A DNA stretch of 27,105 bases from Fidelibacterota bacterium (GCA_049975265.1 JBNGDF010000030.1:1-27105); one strand, 5' to 3'; numbered from the stretch's first letter, positions 1 to 8,797 are shown. Translations and numbers: made by a program. The notes: generated by a model from the letters alone, not told the origin.

Positions 1-679
1 AGGAAGCCCTAATTAGTACGCTGTCACCCTCCTGACGCACAATCAGCGTTTCAGCGCTTTTGCTGGGCACTGGCCAGGACCGGAATAACGGAAATATAAA
101 CGTCTCAGGATCCAGTTTAAAAACAAGCACGATGTCCATATTATTGGCAATCTTTAATGGTCGGATAATATCCATCTGGATTTTCTGTTGCACCGGACAG
201 TGATAAAAATCGGTGATGATCAATGAATCGGCTGCCACCGCCCGCCGGATATTCCGAATCAGGCTGGAATCCAGCTGTGTAATTTCGGGATCGAGGGCAA
301 GTAGCAAACGCCCCTCCGCCGAGCTCAGCAGGAGATCTTTATAATCGTGCAAATCTCTAACCGTGGTCAGATACCGCAGCAGCCATTGCCGGTTGACGGA
401 CGAAGGATCCGCCTGCCATTTTTGGATGTTTTCCAGCAGGAAAAAATCATTTGCAATAATCTCCGCATCGCGGATTTCGTCCGCATACCAGGCGGATATC
501 TGATTGGCTTTCAGATTGGCAACGGATTGTAAGAACTGTTCCTGGGTTCGGTGAATCGTCCGGTGTTCATGCCGGTAGTTGAAGAAACCGGTGATGATAA
601 TCAGAATGCTCAGCAGGATCGTGAGCACACGAACATTGGTCTTTTTCGTAAAGAAAGATTGAAGATAGCCCGACATCAT
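1..679 (-). CDS. Membrane-anchored sensor protein (N-terminal TM + extracytoplasmic Cache-like domain), 5' part only; runs off the window start
   Basis: Not in the ORF track because no stop lies in the window. Manual translation from ATG 679/676 (GAGGTG SD just upstream) gives MMSGYLQSFFTKKTNVRVLTILLSILIIITGFFNYRHEHRTIHRTQEQFLQSVANLKANQISAWYADEIRDA...LDPETFIFPLFRSWPVPSKSAETLIVRQEGDSVL, open to position 1. A TM helix followed by LK..QI..W and WP.PS.SAETL.VR..GD.VL resembles periplasmic domains of PAS/HK/GGDEF sensors. Confidence 0.8.
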   Translation of the reverse strand, partial: MMSGYLQSFFTKKTNVRVLTILLSILIIITGFFNYRHEHRTIHRTQEQFLQSVANLKANQISAWYADEIRDAEIIANDFFLLENIQKWQADPSSVNRQWLLRYLTTVRDLHDYKDLLLSSAEGRLLLALDPEITQLDSSLIRNIRRAVAADSLIITDFYHCPVQQKIQMDIIRPLKIANNMDIVLVFKLDPETFIFPLFRSWPVPSKSAETLIVRQEGDSVLIRAS

Positions 680-1415
680 TCACCTCATTAAGGTTATTGG
701 CGATGCTTATGATTTTGCGGATTGTCCGGGTATACTCCGGATAGAGTTTGCGCATACAGTCCGGGCAGACGCCATGACTGAATCTGGCTTGCGGGTTATT
801 GACCAGGTAATGTTCAACCGGATGCCAGTGCCCCTCTTCGCCGCGGATACTTTTACAATTGGAGCAGATCGGCACCAGCCCCCGGAGCGCCTGCAGTTCC
901 TCCAGATAGTCACTCAGCCGCAAATTTTTATCACCCAGAACCTGATTCATATAGAGCAGTTCCAGCTCCGCCTGCACCAGATCACGGAATCTTCTCATCA
1001 ACTCAATGACAGTGTCCGAGTAAGCATTTGCCTTATCATCCAGTACACAGATGGTCCCAAAGGGTTTTTGATTCGGCAGCATGATCGGAAACCCTAAATA
1101 GGAAATCATATTCAGTTTAATATCGGGGTTGTTTTGCCACTCCGCATCGGTCAGGGCGTTGGGAACCAGCAACCGTTTTTGCGTTTTAATCACTCGTTCA
1201 CAATAGAGACCGGAGTTTTCGAAGTGTTCTTTGTCGCCGGGATGATAAGGATTTCCGGGGCTATTACTGGCGACAGATACTTCGATATCATCGTCCACCA
1301 GCCGCATAATCAGTGCCGCGGGGATGCTGATTATGTCCGCCAGGATATCAACGATTCGCTGCCAGTTTTCCAAAGTAGATTCCAGCACGACAAATTGGAT
1401 TTCATTGCGGTTCAT
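567..1415 (-). CDS. GAF-domain protein with C-terminal CxxC...SHGxCPxC module
   Basis: GAF signature (GLYCERVI, LLVPNAL, SYLGFPI, PFGTICVLD), then a coiled coil and LRGLVPICSNCKSIR...FSHGVCPDCMRKLYPE. Start taken at ATG 1415 (track gives 1442). The tail overlaps the next gene by 113 nt. Confidence 0.85.
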   Translation of the reverse strand: MNRNEIQFVVLESTLENWQRIVDILADIISIPAALIMRLVDDDIEVSVASNSPGNPYHPGDKEHFENSGLYCERVIKTQKRLLVPNALTDAEWQNNPDIKLNMISYLGFPIMLPNQKPFGTICVLDDKANAYSDTVIELMRRFRDLVQAELELLYMNQVLGDKNLRLSDYLEELQALRGLVPICSNCKSIRGEEGHWHPVEHYLVNNPQARFSHGVCPDCMRKLYPEYTRTIRKIISIANNLNEVNDVGLSSIFLYEKDQCSCAHDPAEHSDYHHRFLQLPA

Positions 1416-1483
1416 CTTAATCTCTTTTTTTTCATTATACATATTTTATATTTCAAATTAAATGCCTGCATCCACGATCCACC

Positions 1484-1509
1484 ACAAAGACCGTTGAAAA
1501 CGGGTTTGT
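1484..1509 (-). terminator. Possible intrinsic terminator after the RACo gene
   Basis: Minus strand reads ACAAAC-CCGTT-TTC-AACGG-TCTTTGT, a hairpin with T-rich tail about 20 nt after the stop at 1528. Confidence 0.4.
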
Positions 1510-1527
1510 TTGTGATTTGCACCACAA

Positions 1528-3060
1528 TTATCCTGAACGCTTACCAAATGTCATATTCGCCACAAACCGATCCATAAATCCGGCATCGGTCGCCAGGGCA
1601 ATATGGGTTATTTGCGTAAGCAGCGTATGATAATCGGGCTCCCGAAGAAGCAGCTCTTTGACACCCCGCAGAGCCGTATTGCCGGCTTGAATCAGCGTAA
1701 CGTCAGAGCCGCAGAACAGCCCGATTTTACGGGCGTTGGCAACACTGATATAACTGCCGAAAGCGCCGCCGATATAGACCTTTTTCAGATCATTAAAGGT
1801 GACGGACAATCGTTGCAACAATATCTCCAGCCCGGCGGCGACGGCGGCTTTTGCCAGTTGCAATTCACGAATATCCTGTTGTGTTATCGAAACACCATCC
1901 TGAATGACAATCCTGCCGTCGAAACCCGTTATCCGTCCAGTCTCATCAATAAGCCCAAGTTCGATGGCACAGGCGACGGCGTCCACCAGTCCGCTGCCGC
2001 AGATACCACGGGCTTCGCCGCCACCAAGCACATGCGCGGCAAATTGTCGTCCATCGTTCAGCGTCACTTTCGCAATGGCGCCGGTGATTGCCCGCATGCC
2101 CCTGGAAATTTTTGCCCCTTCGAATGCCGGACCGGCAGCCGTGGAGGCACACAGGATTTTTCGACGGTTGCCGATCACCACCTCACCGTTGGTGCCCAGA
2201 TCAATCAGCGCCGTGAGATCGGTTTCCCTCGCCAATCCCGTGGCAATGATGCCCGCCAGGATATCACTGCCCACGAAGCCACCAAGACAGGGTAAAAACC
2301 GAACCTCCGGGTTGCCGGGCAAATCCCAGCCGATTTCGCTCGCCGCGGTGGTAAATTCCTTACCCCCGGCTGTTTCAAAAGGTGCACGTGATAGGGGTGT
2401 CACGTCCCGCCCGCAAAAAAGGTGGTGCATGACCGTATTACCGACGATAAAGATTCGGCGTAGCAGGAGTTCTTTCCTGGAACCATTTGATAATAAATCC
2501 AGAATCATTTTCAGAAGTGCCGACCGGATCCGTTCCCGCAATTTCACCGCACCGTCGGTATGTGTGCCAAACTCTACCCGGCTCATGACATCACTACCGT
2601 ACTGCGCCTGTGGATTCAGACCTGTCCGGGTTCCCACCACGTTGCCGGTAGCGAGGTCCAGCAATTGCGTCACCAGCGTCGTCGTTCCCAAATCAACCGC
2701 CACAGCATATCCGGAGCGACCCGCGGTTTGATAGCTCTCTTCGTCCGTTAATATCTGCATTTCCCACTGCGCAATTTCCAGGGTCACCGGCTCCCTGACC
2801 CGGCACTGACAAGCCAACCGCCACCCGTCGGTGATCTCTTCAGCAGTGAAAAAATCCCTCTGAACGTCATTGACCGCCAGATCTCCCTGCTGTAATTTTA
2901 TACGGCAATTGCCACAGCTGCCTTCGCCTCCGCAGGGAAACTCCACTCCGTATTCAAACAGAACATCCTGCAGCGAGGCACCGGGTTCCACCCAAATCCG
3001 CTTCCCCAGCGGCTCCAGTTTCACTTCGATCGTTGCAGATGACTCTTTCTTATATTCCAC
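1528..3060 (-). CDS. ASKHA-family ATP-dependent reductive activator of corrinoid proteins (RACo/DUF4445-type) with N-terminal 2Fe-2S ferredoxin
   Basis: FPCGGEGSCGNC...RLACQC (2Fe-2S), AVDLGTTT, NPQAQYGSDVMSR, VGNTVMHHL, GGFVGSD, IDLGTNGEV, STAAGPAFEG, GICGSG, ITQQDIRELQLAKAA, GAFG. Start is either TTG 3078 (track) or GTG 3060, which follows a TATATT box by 7 nt. Confidence 0.9.
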   Translation of the reverse strand: MEYKKESSATIEVKLEPLGKRIWVEPGASLQDVLFEYGVEFPCGGEGSCGNCRIKLQQGDLAVNDVQRDFFTAEEITDGWRLACQCRVREPVTLEIAQWEMQILTDEESYQTAGRSGYAVAVDLGTTTLVTQLLDLATGNVVGTRTGLNPQAQYGSDVMSRVEFGTHTDGAVKLRERIRSALLKMILDLLSNGSRKELLLRRIFIVGNTVMHHLFCGRDVTPLSRAPFETAGGKEFTTAASEIGWDLPGNPEVRFLPCLGGFVGSDILAGIIATGLARETDLTALIDLGTNGEVVIGNRRKILCASTAAGPAFEGAKISRGMRAITGAIAKVTLNDGRQFAAHVLGGGEARGICGSGLVDAVACAIELGLIDETGRITGFDGRIVIQDGVSITQQDIRELQLAKAAVAAGLEILLQRLSVTFNDLKKVYIGGAFGSYISVANARKIGLFCGSDVTLIQAGNTALRGVKELLLREPDYHTLLTQITHIALATDAGFMDRFVANMTFGKRSG

Positions 3061-3143
3061 GGTTTTTAATATAAGCAATACATAGCATTTTCCATTGCGG
3101 AAAATCCTGTTAAATTATCTGCACGTGAAAGGTGAGTGACAGG

Positions 3144-3659
3144 ATGCAAGGATATGTCCAGGTATATACCGGCGACGGTAAGGGTAAAACCACCGCGGCG
3201 CTGGGGCAGGCGCTGCGGGCAGCCGGCGCCGGCTTAAAGGTCTTCATCGGGCAGTTCATCAAGGGAATGGAATACAGCGAGATCAGCGCCCTGCGGGAAA
3301 AATTGCCGGAAATAATGGTGCGTCAATACGGGCGCGATTGTTTCATCGTCAACAAGCCCGAAGAGCAGGATAAACAGCTTGCCCGCGCTGGATTAAACGA
3401 GGTAAACGCCATCATTCAATCCGGTAAGTACGATGTGGTTATTCTCGACGAAGCCAATATCGCCGTCTATTTCGAACTCTTCTCCATCGATGATCTTTTG
3501 AAAATCATTGCTGCCAAACCGGCGCATGTGGAACTGATCATCACCGGACGCAAAGCCCATCCCGCTCTGATCGAAGCCGCCGATCTGGTTACCGAGATGC
3601 AGGAAGTCAAGCACTATTACCAAAAAGGGGTTCAAGCCCGCAAAGGAATCGAATCATGA
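3144..3659 (+). CDS. cobO: Cob(I)yrinate/cob(I)alamin adenosyltransferase (CobA/CobO/BtuR family)
   Basis: VQVYTGDGKGKTTAALG P-loop, QFIKG, YDVVILDE, ELIITGR, ADLVTEMQEVKHYY..G..ARKGIE. ATG 3144 has an AAGGTGA SD (alternative GTG 3132). Confidence 0.95.
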   Translation: MQGYVQVYTGDGKGKTTAALGQALRAAGAGLKVFIGQFIKGMEYSEISALREKLPEIMVRQYGRDCFIVNKPEEQDKQLARAGLNEVNAIIQSGKYDVVILDEANIAVYFELFSIDDLLKIIAAKPAHVELIITGRKAHPALIEAADLVTEMQEVKHYYQKGVQARKGIES

Positions 3660-4486
3660 ACAGCTCATTACGAGTCGCCTTTCAGGGGACACATTACGCA
3701 TTCAGCGAAATCGCCGCCCGCAAATATTTTCACGAAAATATTACCACCTTTCCCTGCCGGCAGTTCACCGATGTCTTCAGAGCAGTGGAAACGGGCGAAT
3801 GCCAATTCGGGATTATTCCGGTTGAAAATTCCACCACCGGCAGCGTCTATCAAAATCTCGATCTAATTCTCGATTCCAAGGTGGTGGTCGTTGGGGAGGT
3901 GCAGCTTCGCATCGAGCAGCATCTGATCGCCAATCCCGGTGTCACATTCGAAGACATCCGGGTCGTCTATTCACACCCCCAGGCGCTGCAGCAATGCGGA
4001 CTGTTTCTGGCGTCGCTGCCCGATATCGAGACCATCGCCAGCAACGATACCGCCGGCAGTGTCTTGCATATTCGCGAAAAACGGCTGCTTCACGCCGCAG
4101 CGATTGCCAGTCGCCAGGCGGCTGAGGACAACCGCATGCAGATATTAAGAGAAGAGATTGAGGATAACCCTGAAAATTATACCCGCTTTCATATCATAGC
4201 CAAAGACGCCGGGATGCCGCCGGGTGCCGATAAGACCTCGATCATCTTTTCCATGAAAAATATTCCCGGCGCGTTGTTTAAAAGTCTGAGCGTTTTCGCG
4301 CTGCGGGACATCGATCTGCTGAAGATCGAATCGCGACCCATGCGGGGCAGGCGCTGGAAATATCTCTTCTACCTGGATTTCGCCGGCAATATGCAGGAGG
4401 AGCGCTGCTTAAATGCCATCCGGCATCTGGAAGAAATTACCTCATTCCTGAAAGTGCTCGGTTCATACAAAGCCGCGGCGACATGA
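3656..4486 (+). CDS. pheA: Prephenate dehydratase (PDT + ACT, no chorismate mutase domain)
   Basis: VAFQG..AFSE.AA, IPVENSTTGSV, VYSHPQALQQC, NYTRF, KTSIIF, PGALFKSL, LKIESRP, YLFYLDF, KVLGSY. ATGA overlap with cobO. Confidence 0.95.
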   Translation: MNSSLRVAFQGTHYAFSEIAARKYFHENITTFPCRQFTDVFRAVETGECQFGIIPVENSTTGSVYQNLDLILDSKVVVVGEVQLRIEQHLIANPGVTFEDIRVVYSHPQALQQCGLFLASLPDIETIASNDTAGSVLHIREKRLLHAAAIASRQAAEDNRMQILREEIEDNPENYTRFHIIAKDAGMPPGADKTSIIFSMKNIPGALFKSLSVFALRDIDLLKIESRPMRGRRWKYLFYLDFAGNMQEERCLNAIRHLEEITSFLKVLGSYKAAAT

Positions 4487-4565
4487 TACAAAATTTCACC
4501 CGTGTTGTTTATATAAATAAAGATTGAACCGCTCTCTTTACGGGCAATGAGCCGGTATATCCCGG

Positions 4566-5594
4566 TCAGCCGATCCGTAATACCTTGGCGCCTTTTACAT
4601 CGCCGCGCTTCAGTTCGTAAAGGGCTTTATTGGCTTCGCCTAGGGAATATTCAGTGACTGTGGGTTTGATTGGGATTTCCGCCGCCAGTTCCAGAAACTC
4701 CGCCACATCCCGGCGGGCGACATTTGCAACGCTCTTGATCTCCTTTTCCATCCAGAGATGCTGCGGATAATCCAGCTGGAGCAGATATTCCCGATCCTTT
4801 ATTTCCTTCCGGATGGCATTGATAACCAAACGCCCTCCGGGTCTCAGGTTGCTGAGTGCCTCCACCACCGGTTTCCAGGCTGGTGTCGTATCAATGATGG
4901 CGTGACAGGGCTCCGGTGATCGGTCGGTGGTGTCACCCGCCCAGGCGGCACCCAGTTCCCGGGCAAAGCGCCGCTCCGCATCACTGCGGGCAAAGACATA
5001 TATTTTGGTGTATGGATACTTGTGCAGCACCATTTTCAGAACCAGGTGTGCCGATGCACCAAAACCGGTCAGCCCCAGTCGCTGACCGTCTTTGAGATTA
5101 CACAGGCGCAGAGAGCGATAGCCGATCGCTCCGGCACAGAGCAGCGGCGCGGCTTCGGAATCGCTGAATATTTCCGGTATGGGAAAGACCGACGTCACCG
5201 GTGCCACCATATATTCGGCATAACCGCCGTTGGCATCCCGACCGGTCGCCCTGAATTCAGCGCAGAGATTTTCATTGCCAGTCTGACAATGTTCACACTT
5301 CCCGCAAGTCGAGTATAACCAGGCTACGCCCACCCGGTCGCCGATCCTGACCGACTTGACATTATCGCCCAATTCGGAAACCGTTCCGACGACCTCATGT
5401 CCCGGTACGACCGGATAGCCGGGCGGCGGCGTACGCCCTTCGATCTCATCAAGCTCCGTATGACAAACGCCGCAGGTATGGACTTTGATCAATACTTCAT
5501 TTCGGTCAGGTTGGGGTTCCGGCAGACCGGCGGCGCTCAGCGGATGCAGATCAACAGACACATCGGTTTTCTTGGTTAGCAGCATCGCTTTCAT
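4566..5594 (-). CDS. Zinc-dependent alcohol dehydrogenase (MDR, AdhP/CAD-like)
   Basis: CGVCHTE, PGHEVVG, structural Zn CGKCEHC...C, GGYAEY, APLLCAG, GLTGFGASA Rossmann motif. Confidence 0.93.
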   Translation of the reverse strand: MKAMLLTKKTDVSVDLHPLSAAGLPEPQPDRNEVLIKVHTCGVCHTELDEIEGRTPPPGYPVVPGHEVVGTVSELGDNVKSVRIGDRVGVAWLYSTCGKCEHCQTGNENLCAEFRATGRDANGGYAEYMVAPVTSVFPIPEIFSDSEAAPLLCAGAIGYRSLRLCNLKDGQRLGLTGFGASAHLVLKMVLHKYPYTKIYVFARSDAERRFARELGAAWAGDTTDRSPEPCHAIIDTTPAWKPVVEALSNLRPGGRLVINAIRKEIKDREYLLQLDYPQHLWMEKEIKSVANVARRDVAEFLELAAEIPIKPTVTEYSLGEANKALYELKRGDVKGAKVLRIG

Positions 5595-5620
5595 TTTTTT
5601 CTCGCCTTTTTTCGAACAAC

Positions 5621-5649
5621 AGCTTACATAAAATCAGAGGCAAATTCAA
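5621..5649 (-). promoter_or_regulatory. Putative sigma70 promoter of the ADH gene
   Basis: Minus strand TTGAAT-N17-TAAGCT, 26 nt upstream of the ATG. Confidence 0.5.
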
Positions 5650-5759
5650 GGGCAAAACCGGAGCCCCCATTCCCGGGACTGCCTGAGATAGACTAAACAG
5701 TCCCTGATGCCGGGTTTAAACACAGATTCCGGCGACTTGAGAGGAGCCTCCGGAACGTA

Positions 5760-8753
5760 TTATTTTTTCTTATTCTTTTTGGAAAAACTGGGGTAAAGCT
5801 TCTCCATACATTCCGGGCAGATGCCGTGACTGAAGACCGCTCCGGAGTGTTCCATAATATATTTTTCCACACTTTCGTAATAGCCCTTGTCATTCCGGAT
5901 TTTCTTGCAATTGGCGCAAATCGGGATCAGTCCCTGCAACGTATGCACTTTATTGAGAGCTTCCTGAAGCTCCCGGATCATTTTGTCCCGCTCCTGCTCC
6001 GCCAGTTTGCGCTCGGTGATATCTCGTCCAACACCTACAACCCCGATGATATTACCTTGATTGTCCCGAAGCGGCACTTTTGTAGCGGAATTCCAGCGTT
6101 GACCACCCTCCAGATGGTCCAGAGGTTCTTCATGATTAATCAGCGGTTCCCCGGATTTGATAATCGCCTCTTCATCGGCATGAAATTTGGCAGCCAGTTC
6201 ATGCTCAACAAAATCGAAATCCGTCTTCCCGATGATTTCTTCGGGGTCCGATTTGCCCATTCGTTTTGCCACGGCTTTATTGCAGATGATAAAGCGCCCT
6301 TCGGTGTCTTTGGCGTAAATTTTATCGGGAATATTGTCAATGACGGTTTTCAGCAGGTTCCGTTCGCCGGCTAAGGCTTCTTCCGCCCGCTTGATTTCGG
6401 TTATATCCTCCAGTGTTTCAAGGGCACCGATTACCTTACCCTTTGAGTCCTTTATCACCACAGCCGTAATGAACATCCATTTTCCGCCTTTACCCAGATG
6501 TTCAAAGTAGTCGGTCACCTCGTATCCGTTTTCCACCAGCTCGGATTTCTTATATTTATCGGAATACCAGTCAGGCATCTTCTCAATCGTTCCATCCAGA
6601 AGCAGATCGACCAGACAGGGTCTTTTCTGCTGATAAAAGGCTTTCCAGTGGTTTTTCGTTCCGACGATTTCCTCCGCCGAAATGTCACTCAGTTTGGCAA
6701 GGGCATCGTTCCATAATACCACCTCATGATTCTCATTGACAAAAAACTGTGGAATCGCAGAACCGTTGAGCATATTTTTCAGTTTTGCTTCACTGTTCCG
6801 CAGCTCTTCCAACGCCCTTTTCAACTGTTCTTCCGCCTCTTTCAGGGCGGTGATATTTTTGGAAATCCCGAAAGTGCCGATGATCTTACCACGGCTGTTC
6901 ACCAGCGGCATTTTGGTGGAAGCTGCCCAGGAGACACTGCCGTTTGCCCAGCTTCGCTTTTCGACCTTGTCAATGATAGACTTCCCGGTCTTGATAATGT
7001 CCTGTTCGGTCTGATAATCCTCTTTGGCAAACTGCTCCGGGAAAAAATCGAAATCGCTCTTCCCGATCGCCTCGCCCGGATCACTCAAGCCAAATACTTC
7101 GTTTGCCAGCGACTTGCTGATGCGATAAAACCGGCTGTTCAAATCTTTGAAATAAATATACTCCGGGAAATAGTTCAGCATGGCATCAATCAGCGTCTTT
7201 TCAAACTCCAGGGCGTTTTTGGCTTTTTGCTGATCTGTCACATCCCGAAAAATCCCTATCAGGACTTTGCGACCCTCCAGTTCAAAAATGCTGGCTTTGA
7301 TCGCCACGTTCCGGATTTCGCCCTTCCTGGTAATAATCTGATCTTCCAGAATCTGACCCTCTTTGCGGGTGCTGTGCATCCGGAATGTACGGCTGTGGTC
7401 GATCGCCGATTTACCCTTCGGATGGAGAATCCGGTGATGCTGACCGATGATTTCGGACTTTTCTCTACCGACCAGCTCCGTCGCCGCCCGGTTACAGTCT
7501 ACCAGTATACCGGTTTCCACATCGGCAATAAAGATGGCATCCATGGTCTCTTCAAACTGTCTGCGGTACCTCTCTTCGGATTTTCGCAGCGCCTCTTCCA
7601 TCTTTTTTTCTTTGGTGATATTTTTGGAAATCCCGAAAGTGCCGATGATCTTACCACGGCTGTTCACCAGCGGCATTTTGGTGGAAGCTGCCCAGGAGAC
7701 ACTGCCGTTTGCCCAGCTTCGCTTTTCGACCTTGTCAATGATAGACTTCCCGGTCTTGATAATGTCCTGTTCGGTCTGATAATCCTCTTTGGCAAACTGC
7801 TCCGGGAAAAAATCGAAATCGCTCTTCCCGATCGCCTCGCCCGGATCACTCAAGCCAAATACTTCGTTTGCCAGCGACTTGCTGATGCGATAAAACCGGC
7901 TGTTCAAATCTTTGAAATAAATATACTCCGGGAAATAGTTCAGCATGGCATCAATCAGCGTCTTTTCAAACTCCAGGGCGTTTTTGGCTTTGCGTTGCTC
8001 GGTAATATCCCGGAAAATCAGCACCACTCCGGAAATACTGCCCTGGTCGTCTTTAATCGGTGCTCCGCTGTCATCAATGGGAATCCGCCTGCCCGTTTTG
8101 GAAATCAGAATCGTATGGTTCGCCAGCTCCTGAACCACACCTTCCCGCAGCACCTTCGTCGCCGGATTTTCGACGGACTCACCGGTAAATTCATTGACAA
8201 TCCGAAATACCTCTCCCAGACCCTGTCCCTGCGCTTCTTTCACTTTCCAGCCGGTCAACTCTTCGGCAACGTGATTCATAAAGTTGATACGACCGTCAAT
8301 ATCCGTCGTAATGACGGCATCCCCGATGCTTTTCAGGGTGGTGGTGACCCAGGACTGGTCATCATGCAACTTTTGCTGCATCTGCGCCCGTGAAATCGCC
8401 AGTTCAACCGCATATTCCAGTTCTCTCGGTGTGAAAGGTCGTTTGACAACGCTGAAGCGGTCGAAGGCGGTATTGCTCTCGAAAATACTATCTTCGATAT
8501 CGTTGACAATCAGAACAGCCGGCACGGCAGATGCGGCTTGAATTCTTGCCGCCTTTTTTATTCGGCTCGACTGCTGTTCACCGGAAAGGTCGAACAGAAC
8601 GAGATCGGGTTTTTGTGCACGAATCTTCGTCGCCAAACCGGTCACAGACAAACCGAATTTCCTGATCTCGTGCCTGGAATCTTTCAATATGTCACTGATC
8701 TCAGTGCCGTTTTGATCCGAATCGGTTATCAATACCATCTTACGTCTCGCCAT
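5760..8753 (-). CDS. Degenerate receiver domain + six PAS/PAC domains + C-terminal CxxC...SHGxCPxC module; no kinase or cyclase domain
   Basis: N-terminal REC-like region (KPDLVLFD ... KRPFTPREL); PAS units ending RDITE, KNIT, RDVTD, KNIT, EDITE, RDITE; C-terminus LQGLIPICANCKKIRNDKGYYESVEKYIMEHSGAVFSHGICPECMEKLYP. Confidence 0.92.
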   Translation of the reverse strand: MARRKMVLITDSDQNGTEISDILKDSRHEIRKFGLSVTGLATKIRAQKPDLVLFDLSGEQQSSRIKKAARIQAASAVPAVLIVNDIEDSIFESNTAFDRFSVVKRPFTPRELEYAVELAISRAQMQQKLHDDQSWVTTTLKSIGDAVITTDIDGRINFMNHVAEELTGWKVKEAQGQGLGEVFRIVNEFTGESVENPATKVLREGVVQELANHTILISKTGRRIPIDDSGAPIKDDQGSISGVVLIFRDITEQRKAKNALEFEKTLIDAMLNYFPEYIYFKDLNSRFYRISKSLANEVFGLSDPGEAIGKSDFDFFPEQFAKEDYQTEQDIIKTGKSIIDKVEKRSWANGSVSWAASTKMPLVNSRGKIIGTFGISKNITKEKKMEEALRKSEERYRRQFEETMDAIFIADVETGILVDCNRAATELVGREKSEIIGQHHRILHPKGKSAIDHSRTFRMHSTRKEGQILEDQIITRKGEIRNVAIKASIFELEGRKVLIGIFRDVTDQQKAKNALEFEKTLIDAMLNYFPEYIYFKDLNSRFYRISKSLANEVFGLSDPGEAIGKSDFDFFPEQFAKEDYQTEQDIIKTGKSIIDKVEKRSWANGSVSWAASTKMPLVNSRGKIIGTFGISKNITALKEAEEQLKRALEELRNSEAKLKNMLNGSAIPQFFVNENHEVVLWNDALAKLSDISAEEIVGTKNHWKAFYQQKRPCLVDLLLDGTIEKMPDWYSDKYKKSELVENGYEVTDYFEHLGKGGKWMFITAVVIKDSKGKVIGALETLEDITEIKRAEEALAGERNLLKTVIDNIPDKIYAKDTEGRFIICNKAVAKRMGKSDPEEIIGKTDFDFVEHELAAKFHADEEAIIKSGEPLINHEEPLDHLEGGQRWNSATKVPLRDNQGNIIGVVGVGRDITERKLAEQERDKMIRELQEALNKVHTLQGLIPICANCKKIRNDKGYYESVEKYIMEHSGAVFSHGICPECMEKLYPSFSKKNKKK
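6849..7226. repeat. 378-bp intragenic direct repeat, copy 1 (one PAS/PAC domain)
   Basis: Identical by eye to 7614-7991 (offset 765, in frame); bases at 6848/7613 and 7227/7992 differ. Confidence 0.95.
7614..7991. repeat. 378-bp intragenic direct repeat, copy 2
   Basis: Same sequence as 6849-7226; encodes KAKNALEFEKTLIDAMLNYFPEY...GTFGISKNIT. Confidence 0.95.
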
Positions 8754-8797
8754 TACTTGCCCCCTAAGCCCGCTAAAATAGTCTTAGTTTATCGTAA

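Noticed and set aside
1603..2731. 230-aa and 275-aa plus-strand ORFs
   Set aside because: Entirely antisense to the well-supported RACo gene and lacking family motifs.
3061..3143. Cobalamin riboswitch between the corrinoid genes
   Set aside because: The spacer is too short and shows no B12-box.
5658..5757. Hairpins such as GGGACTG-N16-CAGTCCC between the PAS and ADH genes
   Set aside because: Short GC stems with a large loop and no clear U-tract; not distinguishable from chance or a weak terminator.
6849..7991. Diversity-generating retroelement TR/VR pair
   Set aside because: The copies are identical with no adenine-specific mismatches, both are in-frame coding, and no reverse transcriptase is in the window.
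6726..8393. 555-aa plus-strand ORF with an internal repeat
   Set aside because: Antisense shadow of the PAS gene; its repeat only mirrors the 378-bp duplication and it has no recognisable motifs.
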